This document shows positions 7,663-15,387 of a stretch of 18,809 nt of DNA, one piece after another; within the stretch, counting starts at the first letter, position 1, and each line of letters starts with the position of its first letter. A model generated the notes under the pieces. It ran no database searches, was not told the origin of the DNA, and saw nothing but the letters and a program-made list of their open reading frames with translations. The position numbers and the translations under genes are program-made. Source of the DNA: Bdellovibrionia bacterium (GTDB taxonomy: Bacteria > Bdellovibrionota > UBA1018); the NCBI GenBank assembly GCA_049424145.1, contig JBMSSC010000044.1, forward strand, positions 1 to 18,809. The letters run 5' to 3'.

Positions 7663-9833
7663 CGACACTCGGGGTCCTCCGGAAAGTGGCGGCAGAAGAG
7701 GACCTCGGTCTCTTGGAGACGCTGATCAAGTCCCTGAAACCTGTGGTGAGTTTGAGAGAAGCCTTCTTGCTCTATTTTCTTTTGATCCCGGCTTTTTTGA
7801 AGCGTAACTTTTGTCGCGGCTAAAAGGAGGACCTGAGTTTGGCTTGGTCGGATGGTGAATACGGTTTGCGCTGGGCTGATGATCCCAGTTGGGTCCCGCT
7901 CTTCCTTCATTTCAGGGGCTGGTTCTGGGTGAACGAGAAGTGGAAATTCAGCGGCTAACCAGTCTTGAGCGATAAAACCATAGGTCTTTTTTTGATTTTT
8001 TTTCCACCGAAATGAGACGGGATTTGATCGCTCTAAAAACTGTTGAGCGGTCGCTTCAGAGATGGGTTCAATTTCTTCTTTCAGTCGGCGGTCTGATGTG
8101 GAAACCTTGGCGAGGCATTTAAACTTCCCAGTGGCTTTGATTACGGTTTTGGTGGGATCATCTGAGCCCGTGGAGGAGACTTGGAGGGGGTATTGATCGC
8201 TTGTCGTGGATCCAATGATCACACGAGGATCCGTGCCTGAGAACTTCACCTGAAACCAGGGAGTTTTTGAGCCCGCTACTAAAAACGGAGCGAGGGTTGC
8301 AGTGGAGGCTTGGGCAATGGTGAGGTCGGCTTTTTCCCCTGAGGGAACTTGGGTGGTTTCTCCAATCAGAACTTGACTCCCTGCGTTTTCAGGCGCTTCG
8401 GTGGCGTTGAGTGCAGGAAGGTGAACGGTCCCTTGAACATCCAGGGAGGCTTGTGGATTTCGAGAAAAAATACCGACGCCTGCAGCCGTGACACTCAGAC
8501 TCATTTGATTTGTGGTGAGACTTCCTACGAGAGGATCTGGGGCGAGAGAGGCTTGGGGTGTTGCTGAATTATTGAGGAAAAAGTCGATGCCGTTTCCGCT
8601 GAGGTACTCATCGGTGGAGTGACGGGTGCGAATGAAGTGCCTGTAGCCACCACTGGATGAGGTGAACGCGAATTGAGGAACCGTGGTGTTGACGGCACGA
8701 ACATCGATGAACGCTTTGGGGGAATCACTTCGGATCCCTAGGTGACCGTTTGAATCCAGCCGAGCCCACTCAGTTGATCCACGGGCAAAGCGGAGGGTGC
8801 GGTCCATCTCGGGTTCACTGAAGCTGCCTGTGATTTCCAGGAGGGTTTTAAAACTGGATTGGGTTCCTCCCCCTGCACTCAATCTTAAAAAGCCAGAATC
8901 ATTGGTGGTCCCCTGAGATCCATGTCCCGAGATTTCCCCAGCCCGTCCCGCAGGATTCACGCTTAAGTCAGTGAGGGTGGGTGAGGTCGGGGTGCGGATT
9001 AAAAGAGATCCGTTTTCAGGAGTAGGTGACGAGAGAGCTGTGCCTCCGGAAACCGTCAGTTCTTCATCGGGTGTGGGGGTGTGAATTCCAATTCGACCGG
9101 AGCTGTGAACCAGGAGGCTATCGGAGTAATAAGCCTCGGTGAGTAGGTAGGGGTTTCCTCCACCACTGTAAGGCCATGGGATATTGGGGCGGATCACTCC
9201 TAAGCTTAAGTCTGTCGTATGGCTCGAATAGAGGATTAAGCCTCCCGAGGTTTTCTTGGCGATCCCGTAGTTATAACTCAATAAGCTCACCATGGCTTGA
9301 GGAGTCTCAGTCAAGGGGGTGCTTGCTTGCCCTCGTAAAAACAAATCCCCTCCAATGTCAAGGCGTTCGGGGGAGCCTCCTTGAGATCCGATTCCACTGT
9401 TCCACAGGTTCCAGTAGTAGGGACTTGCAACCTTTTTATAAGGCTCGGGTAATTGGGCCTCTGTGGAGAGGTAAAAATAGAAGGATCCATTGTCGTTTGT
9501 CAGCTTGAGTTCATAGACCGTGCTCACGCTCAGATGGAGTTCCGATTCTGGCGTTGCGATTAAAGCACTTTCCGATTGAGAGAGGACGGTGAACGGAGCG
9601 GTCAGATTCAAGCCATTCAGAGTCACTTGGCTAATGAAATCCAAGTGCGAGCCACTTAAAATCAGGAAATTTTCTGAAACGGAGACCTGGCTTAAGGTCG
9701 GTCTTCCAACAGCGTCATAGGCTTGATTCCCGGAGGGGGTCTCGACACAGCTGCTGAAAACTCCGAAAGCCACCAGGGCAAGTACGCCGCGGCGAAGCAT
9801 CGGATGGATCTGAAAAAGAAAGTGGAGTCTCAC
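7659..9833 (-). CDS. Lipoprotein trimeric tail-fibre-like adhesin with N-terminal IPT/Ig-like domain and C-terminal Peptidase S74 chaperone (fibre B); start may be ATG 9800
   Basis: MLRRGVLALVAFGVFSS-C lipobox. PTLSQVSV..LILSGSHL IPT/TIG-like segment. Fibre repeats. TSDRRLK at 8079-8096, FRWK, YGFIAQD, C-terminal FCRHFPEDPEC. Colinear paralogue of 3439-5427. Confidence 0.88.
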   Translation of the reverse strand: MRLHFLFQIHPMLRRGVLALVAFGVFSSCVETPSGNQAYDAVGRPTLSQVSVSENFLILSGSHLDFISQVTLNGLNLTAPFTVLSQSESALIATPESELHLSVSTVYELKLTNDNGSFYFYLSTEAQLPEPYKKVASPYYWNLWNSGIGSQGGSPERLDIGGDLFLRGQASTPLTETPQAMVSLLSYNYGIAKKTSGGLILYSSHTTDLSLGVIRPNIPWPYSGGGNPYLLTEAYYSDSLLVHSSGRIGIHTPTPDEELTVSGGTALSSPTPENGSLLIRTPTSPTLTDLSVNPAGRAGEISGHGSQGTTNDSGFLRLSAGGGTQSSFKTLLEITGSFSEPEMDRTLRFARGSTEWARLDSNGHLGIRSDSPKAFIDVRAVNTTVPQFAFTSSSGGYRHFIRTRHSTDEYLSGNGIDFFLNNSATPQASLAPDPLVGSLTTNQMSLSVTAAGVGIFSRNPQASLDVQGTVHLPALNATEAPENAGSQVLIGETTQVPSGEKADLTIAQASTATLAPFLVAGSKTPWFQVKFSGTDPRVIIGSTTSDQYPLQVSSTGSDDPTKTVIKATGKFKCLAKVSTSDRRLKEEIEPISEATAQQFLERSNPVSFRWKKNQKKTYGFIAQDWLAAEFPLLVHPEPAPEMKEERDPTGIISPAQTVFTIRPSQTQVLLLAATKVTLQKSRDQKKIEQEGFSQTHHRFQGLDQRLQETEVLFCRHFPEDPECR

Positions 9834-9840
9834 TCGAGAG

Positions 9841-9868
9841 GAATCGGAAGGATGGAAGATAAAGTTGA
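9841..9868 (-). promoter_or_regulatory. Putative sigma28 (FliA)-type promoter of fibre B operon
   Basis: Minus strand TCAA-ctttatcttccatcct-TCCGATTC (16-nt spacer), 7 nt before GTG 9833. Confidence 0.55.
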
Positions 9869-9966
9869 GTGATGACTTGAGGGGGGGGGATTGGATCCGT
9901 TGCCTTTGGGTTTTAAACCTTGAGTTTTCAAGTAAATTTAGGGACTTGCTCCGAGGTGAGCCCGAA

Positions 9967-10761
9967 TCAGAAAGTGAACCCTGCAGTCAGGGCTACGGCG
10001 TCATACTGGATTAAGGTGGTGGGGTTCAGAAGGTAGTAAAATGTGTTTCTCTCCAGGCGGGTGGAGAGGGAGTGAGTTTTTCCTAAAATCACGTGGAGGC
10101 CAACCGAGGCCACGGTTTGGAGCTGTGAGGAGTCCAAAAGGCGTCCTAAGTAGAGGAATCGATAGCTGGCATCAAGGCTCACTCGATCCCAGAGGTGGAA
10201 GCTGATCTCAGGGTAGATCGTGGGGGTGATCACGAGGCCAGGGTAGCCTAAGATCTGATTCGTGCCGGTGAGTTCCGAATAGGCCACTCCGCCAAAGACA
10301 TTGAGGTTTAAAAAGCGGTTTTGAATCAGGGAGTATCCCAGTTCGGCTGTGGCATCGAAGTAGAAAGCCTCCACTCCTCTTCGGTTCGTGCTCATTGTAC
10401 TATGGGTGAGATTGAAACGGGAGCGAGCCTCCATCCTCCAGTGGGGTACCAGGAGCCTGATGCTTCCGTGGAAGTACCCGGATCGCTGAGAGAAGTCAGG
10501 GATTCCCGTTTGAGAGTAATTCATGAGGGCGATTCCCCCTTGGGCGTTCAGATGGAGCCCTGAGCGATAAGGGGCGAAGAGTTCTGCTTCTTTTTTTTGT
10601 TTTTCAGCTAGGGCTTTGTCAGTTTTTAGATCTTCCCCTTCATCGGCGAGTTCAGAATTATTATTCTCAAAAATGGGGGTGGCATCCGGAGCGTAAGGTT
10701 GGTGAGCAAAAAGAATTCCTGCTCCGATGACTCCGGCTGCATAAATCATCATAAGAATCAT
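9967..10761 (-). CDS. Probable outer-membrane beta-barrel protein (hypothetical)
   Basis: AAGGGAG RBS 8 nt before the ATG. Hydrophobic N-terminus, charged linker, then about 10 amphipathic strands (LGYSL, LNVFGGVAY, VSLDASYRF, ASVGLHV). BAM-type terminal AGFTF. Confidence 0.7.
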   Translation of the reverse strand: MILMMIYAAGVIGAGILFAHQPYAPDATPIFENNNSELADEGEDLKTDKALAEKQKKEAELFAPYRSGLHLNAQGGIALMNYSQTGIPDFSQRSGYFHGSIRLLVPHWRMEARSRFNLTHSTMSTNRRGVEAFYFDATAELGYSLIQNRFLNLNVFGGVAYSELTGTNQILGYPGLVITPTIYPEISFHLWDRVSLDASYRFLYLGRLLDSSQLQTVASVGLHVILGKTHSLSTRLERNTFYYLLNPTTLIQYDAVALTAGFTF

Positions 10762-10788
10762 GGCTTAAGCTCCCTTAGGTGATGATTG

Positions 10789-10826
10789 ATTATACACTAA
10801 CAGAGGTGTTTAAAATAGGTTACAAT
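10789..10826. promoter_or_regulatory. Divergent sigma70-like -10 elements
   Basis: Perfect TATAAT on the minus strand (10789-10794) upstream of the beta-barrel gene. TACAAT on the plus strand (10821-10826), 6 nt before ATG 10833. No convincing -35 boxes. Confidence 0.4.
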
Positions 10827-10832
10827 AGAAGA

Positions 10833-11882
10833 ATGCAAGGGAGTGGACAGTCCTCCTTCAGAAGAGAAGTCCATTGGATGATGCTCGGAGCAGGCTTGGC
10901 TTGGGCTACGGCCTGCGTGTTTCCCGCTCCTCAGGCAACGAATAATCTGACGGTGGCCAGTGCTCTTCCCACCGCTTCTCCTTCTCCTAGTGTGACGCTT
11001 GCGGTGAGCTCAAAGTCAGCTCGCTTTTATTTCCAAAGCACGGGTGCGGCCAGTTTTGATCCTCCCCAGGCTTCAGGGACCCTCAATGCGGTGGGCTCGG
11101 GTCTTCAAGCCGTTCGAGTGTACTCCGCTGACGGAGCCGCTCTGGAGCTCAATGGACCCACGGGAACCAATTGGCCGAAATGGATTTCCTCACTGGAGGT
11201 GGGAGTGAGTGGTTCTGCTAACCTCGCTGCCCCCAATCCTCATTGTGCCAATTTTGTGACCGCAGCGGAGAGTAATTCCAATCCAACGTGTTGTACGAAT
11301 CCTGCCGCATGCGGGGCCTCTAGCTTCAACTGTGGTGCCCCTCTGAATCAGTTTCGGGTGAGTGAGTGGGATTGTTTGGGTTCCTCACTGGGGGTGGGGG
11401 GAGCAAGTGATGGGATCTATATTCGTGCTATTTTTAATCGCAGTCCCTCTGTTTTAGCCACGTCAGAAAATATCTTAGTGACCGTCGAGTACACGGCTTC
11501 AAGTCTGAGTTCCTCGCCCACCAATCCAGTGAGTTGTTTAACCGGAGGGGTGTTCTCCCCTGAGTTTTGCTCGGACTTTACCTGGAGAGCTTATTTAAAG
11601 CGGACTCCCACCGAGGTTCTTCAGCCATTTCTGCTTTTGGTTCCCCCCATTTACAGCTCCGCGCAGACAATGGGTACGGGAGTTATGACGAAGCAGTTTT
11701 TCTTACCTCTTGCCTCGGATTCCGCGCTCTCGGTGTTTCAACTGAGTCGGACGGGCAGTACACTAACGGGCGCAACGCCCAACTTTTCTACTCAGTGCTT
11801 CAATGCCCACGCTAGTGGGTATGGTGACTCGCCACTCTGCTCGGGAATGGTTTTTTATTCCATTACGTTTCTCAGGATTTAA
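10833..11882 (+). CDS. Cys-rich hypothetical lipoprotein (~349 aa)
   Basis: FRREVHWMMLGAGLAWATA-C lipobox, Ser/Pro/Thr tether, 10 further Cys. C-terminal domain shared with 17934-18809. ATG 10833 preferred over GTG 10779, which overlaps the divergent promoter. Confidence 0.8.
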   Translation: MQGSGQSSFRREVHWMMLGAGLAWATACVFPAPQATNNLTVASALPTASPSPSVTLAVSSKSARFYFQSTGAASFDPPQASGTLNAVGSGLQAVRVYSADGAALELNGPTGTNWPKWISSLEVGVSGSANLAAPNPHCANFVTAAESNSNPTCCTNPAACGASSFNCGAPLNQFRVSEWDCLGSSLGVGGASDGIYIRAIFNRSPSVLATSENILVTVEYTASSLSSSPTNPVSCLTGGVFSPEFCSDFTWRAYLKRTPTEVLQPFLLLVPPIYSSAQTMGTGVMTKQFFLPLASDSALSVFQLSRTGSTLTGATPNFSTQCFNAHASGYGDSPLCSGMVFYSITFLRI

Positions 11883-12882
11883 GTGCAGTGGGTTTGACCT
11901 CATCCGGATTGCTCCAGTTGTTCGGCAGAGGGGCTTGAAGCGCAAGGAGAGATCCTTTTGCGGTGGGAAGAATCAATTCAAAGGCATGAAGAAAAAGGCG
12001 TGAGGCAGGTTTGCCAGCGTACACTGGATCTCCTAAAATGGGGTAGCCTAAGAGACTCAAGTGACATCGGATCTGGTGTCTCACCCCGGTTTGAATTTGA
12101 ATCTGAAGATCGAATCGAGCGCTCCTTTCGGGAGTCAATCCGCTTGAAACTTGAGCCTCAATTGATTGAATTAGCGTTTGAGTGGGAAGGGCTCCTCCGC
12201 GTGCTTGGTGGGCGCGTTCGGGGGTCCAGGCGATCATTTTTTTTGAGGATTTTTTGGAGTGAGCCAGGGGCGTTTGAATGGGGTGCGGCAGAGGGGGAAA
12301 GGGCTCAGATCCCGTCACCCAGGCGCGATAGATTTTCCTCACTTGCCCGGTTTTCCAGATGGAGCGAAGTCTTTGGTACTCGTCTTGGGTTTTAGCAAAA
12401 GCAAGAAGGCCACTTGTGCCCGTGTCTAAACGATGCACAAGGCCTGACTCAAAGGGGGATCTTCCGATTGAGCACAGGGCTGGGCAGTGGGTTAGGGCGA
12501 GCCCAACAGCCGTTGGGGTGTCGGAGTGATCCAGGGGAACTGAGGGGAGTCCTTCGGGTTTGTTGAGAATCAGAAGTTGATCGTCTTCATGCAGGATGGA
12601 GATCTGAGCAGGAGGTGGAGTCCAGGATTTTAAGGCAGGCGTCTCCAGGTTTTTCAGTTCGTCCAGAAGGTCATTGCTGAGTTGGACTTCAAGGAGGCCT
12701 GGGTTTAAAAGTAACGAGGGTTTGGCCACCTGAGTTTGGATCCGGATCCGACCGGCTTGGAATTGTTTTTTTAGCCAAGCCCGACTGATGCAGGGGTACT
12801 CGAGCTTCAGTTCGCAGAGAAGAACCTGGTCGAAACGCAAGCCCGGGGAGTGGATTTCAAGCGTGCGTGTGGCAAATGTCAT
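11872..12882 (-). CDS. RluA-family (RluC/RluD-like) pseudouridine synthase with N-terminal S4-like domain
   Basis: ILHEDDQLLILNKPEGLPS, catalytic GLVHRLDTGTSGL, KIYRAWV, TGVRHQIRCHL, GYPILGDPVY, RLFLHA. Confidence 0.95.
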   Translation of the reverse strand: MTFATRTLEIHSPGLRFDQVLLCELKLEYPCISRAWLKKQFQAGRIRIQTQVAKPSLLLNPGLLEVQLSNDLLDELKNLETPALKSWTPPPAQISILHEDDQLLILNKPEGLPSVPLDHSDTPTAVGLALTHCPALCSIGRSPFESGLVHRLDTGTSGLLAFAKTQDEYQRLRSIWKTGQVRKIYRAWVTGSEPFPPLPHPIQTPLAHSKKSSKKMIAWTPERAHQARGGALPTQTLIQSIEAQVSSGLTPERSARFDLQIQIQTGVRHQIRCHLSLLGYPILGDPVYAGKPASRLFLHAFELILPTAKGSLLALQAPLPNNWSNPDEVKPTALKS

Positions 12883-12896
12883 GGGGTGTGCCTATC

Positions 12897-15299
12897 TCAA
12901 TACGAGGGTGGAAGACAAGTCCCTTGGGAGGGTTCCAGATGAGAGTCTCCGACGATGCTAAGGGGGGTACCGGATTGATCGATGACGCAGCAGCCTTCTT
13001 GCGGGGTTTTTCCTAAAGCCGCCTTGCCGGCTTGATTGTCGTAGGTGATGGTGCAGTTATAGCTGGAATCGGCCCTGATTCCGCGTTCCACATCCGCTTC
13101 TGGAGCAAGAAGGGGGAAGTGAGTCCAGCCGGCTTCATTGGTCATTGCTACAGTTCGATCGCACGTTGTGCTGGCGTTCGTGGTGGAGTTCGACTTGGGG
13201 TAAGGAGTGAGATTGCTGTGGCGTGCGTAAGCGATTGGTTGATTGGCAGCGGCACTGGGGTAGCTGTAGTTCGTCGTGGGGATTGAAAGCGCGGTGGCCG
13301 TGCAAGCAGTCAGGACACCGGGTGTGTTGCCATTGCGCTTGCTCAGGTGAGAGGTATAAGGAGAAACAAGGCCCAGTGGAGTAATGGGGTTTGCGCTGGG
13401 GGTGAGGGGTGGGTCAAGGGAGGCGATATTGGTGTTTTGAGTGGGGTACGACTCAGCGCACCAGGCGTGATTGGAGCCTGAAGAAGAGGTTGCAAAGTGC
13501 AGGGGGGGGTCCACAAATGGCTTCGCCTGAGGGGCGCAGGCCCTAAAATCCGTATCCTCTTCGTAATGAGGCGTAAACGGCTGAAATGGGCGGATAAACA
13601 GGTGCTTAAACCGAGTGGTGGCCATCTTCTTGTTGACTGTGGTCATGAAAAAGCGTGTTTTATCGGAGCTTAAAAACGGGAGAGTGGCTGAGCAGGAGGT
13701 TTCTGAATCTTCGTTGGGAAACTCAATGCCGTCAATATTCGTGCCCTCGTTGTTGGCTTTACCGTCACCTGTGATCCATCGGGTGTCATTGGTGGCTCGA
13801 TAGCCCAGGGGCATGGATTGACTGCTCGTTGTTGCGGTCGTCGTATCGTAGGTGACATCGTTTCGATCAAAGAACGCAAAGGGGCAGGGCTTAGGTCCCA
13901 GCATGGTGTAAGGCTTCAGAGGATTGGTTGTTCCGGAAGAGGAGGCCACAGGGCGATCTAAGACGTAGATGGTGTCAATGGCTTGGCGATGACTCATGGG
14001 CTTTCCTCCCGTGTCAAAGACGCGAGGGTAGAGGGCCACAAAGCGCCTCAAGCGGAAGGTCTGAATGATTTGTCCTGAGCTGCCTTTGATGTAGGGGCAA
14101 GAGCCATCGGAGCTCACTGGGGCTGCAAATCCTAAGCAGGAGCTGACTACAGAATTCGTATTGGCACTGCTGTTTCCTCCGTTTGAGCTTGCAGTCGGGA
14201 AGCACTGCGAGTTTCCTGCGGTGGGATCTCCCAGACCGCCTGAGAGTTTGGTGTTGGCCTGCACACCGACACTGAAGTCGGCTGAGGGGCTCAGCGCCAG
14301 CGCAAAAGTCTTATCTCCGGGCCAAAACTGATTGCTGGTTCCAACAACGGATGATCCGATGGGGGCCTCCAGCGGTTCTTGAACAAGGGGGCAAACGTAT
14401 CCGTCATTAAATTGATTGATGTCCCCCTTCTCGCTGTTCCGAATGTAGAGGTTAAAGTAATAGGCTTGGGAAGAGAAGTTGGCTTCTCCCAGATTCGGGC
14501 AAGACTCGGAGATACTGGCTGCGGCTCCGGATTTGAGTAGGCAGAAGGCTGAACCATACAGAATGGCCTGTTGGTCTCCGGTGTTGGAGTTGCTCTGGAT
14601 GTAGCGCTTAGATTGGATCGCAAGTCCTTTTTTGAACTTATTGTAGCAGGAGTAGTGAACAATGTTGTCAAAGATGTTTCCCTTTTGGTCTTGAAAGGAG
14701 CCTGAGACGCTTTTTGCTGACTTGGTATAGAGATAGGGTTTGACGCTGAATGTGCCTAGATCTGGATTCGCGGAGCCTGCAACTAGAGATACTTTGATCT
14801 GGGTGCCGTCAATGATCTCTGAGCTGTAGACTGAAGGAGCGCTGCAAATGACTAAAGCGGGTTGGACTTGCGTGAGACTGGTTTGAACGTTTCTTTGAAT
14901 CGCAAGCGATGCGCCACTGCTGGCGTTGATCTCAGACCAGCTGAACTGACAAAAGCAGGGCTTGGGCGTGAGTCCTGAGCTACTGGTATTGCAATGGGTG
15001 GTGACGGGCGTGGTGGATTTTACGGTATCAAAAAAAAGAGCAAAAGAGGGTGCGCTTCCCGAGGTGGAGCCTGAAGCCACGCTGGCAGAGGAAATGACAT
15101 ATTGATCCAGTGAGACGGCTATGGGTGTGGATGTGGGGGATGAAGAAGGAGTGGTCAGTGGAGAGGCACTCATGACGTTTCTGGATAGATTGCTCAGCAG
15201 CGAGTTGGTGCATGCAGAAACGAAAAGGGCGCAGAGGATTCCCAAGAGCTTTAAGGTGAAAGCTTCAGTGCGGGTTGGAAGAGGTTGCGTCCATTTCAT
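12897..15299 (-). CDS. Large Cys-rich, Ser/Thr-rich hypothetical lipoprotein (800 aa)
   Basis: GAGGA RBS, KLLGILCALFVSA-C lipobox, S/T/P tether, about 21 Cys in the mature part. Paralogue of 15388-17634. Confidence 0.85.
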   Translation of the reverse strand: MKWTQPLPTRTEAFTLKLLGILCALFVSACTNSLLSNLSRNVMSASPLTTPSSSPTSTPIAVSLDQYVISSASVASGSTSGSAPSFALFFDTVKSTTPVTTHCNTSSSGLTPKPCFCQFSWSEINASSGASLAIQRNVQTSLTQVQPALVICSAPSVYSSEIIDGTQIKVSLVAGSANPDLGTFSVKPYLYTKSAKSVSGSFQDQKGNIFDNIVHYSCYNKFKKGLAIQSKRYIQSNSNTGDQQAILYGSAFCLLKSGAAASISESCPNLGEANFSSQAYYFNLYIRNSEKGDINQFNDGYVCPLVQEPLEAPIGSSVVGTSNQFWPGDKTFALALSPSADFSVGVQANTKLSGGLGDPTAGNSQCFPTASSNGGNSSANTNSVVSSCLGFAAPVSSDGSCPYIKGSSGQIIQTFRLRRFVALYPRVFDTGGKPMSHRQAIDTIYVLDRPVASSSGTTNPLKPYTMLGPKPCPFAFFDRNDVTYDTTTATTSSQSMPLGYRATNDTRWITGDGKANNEGTNIDGIEFPNEDSETSCSATLPFLSSDKTRFFMTTVNKKMATTRFKHLFIRPFQPFTPHYEEDTDFRACAPQAKPFVDPPLHFATSSSGSNHAWCAESYPTQNTNIASLDPPLTPSANPITPLGLVSPYTSHLSKRNGNTPGVLTACTATALSIPTTNYSYPSAAANQPIAYARHSNLTPYPKSNSTTNASTTCDRTVAMTNEAGWTHFPLLAPEADVERGIRADSSYNCTITYDNQAGKAALGKTPQEGCCVIDQSGTPLSIVGDSHLEPSQGTCLPPSY

Positions 15300-15339
15300 A
15301 AAAAAGTCCTCTTGGGCTCCTGTGCTTCTTGATGAAATT

Positions 15340-15367
15340 CGATCGGTGTCTGCTCTATTTTAATTCA
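15340..15367 (-). promoter_or_regulatory. Putative sigma28 (FliA)-type promoter
   Basis: Minus strand TGAA-ttaaaatagagcagac-ACCGATCG (16-nt spacer), about 40 nt upstream of ATG 15299. Confidence 0.4.
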
Positions 15368-15387
15368 ATTTAATAACTAAAAAAAGT

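Noticed and set aside
3439..9833. Prophage or tailocin, suggested by tail-fibre/S74 domains
   Set aside because: Both fibres have Sec or lipoprotein signals. No capsid, sheath, baseplate, terminase or integrase genes are nearby.
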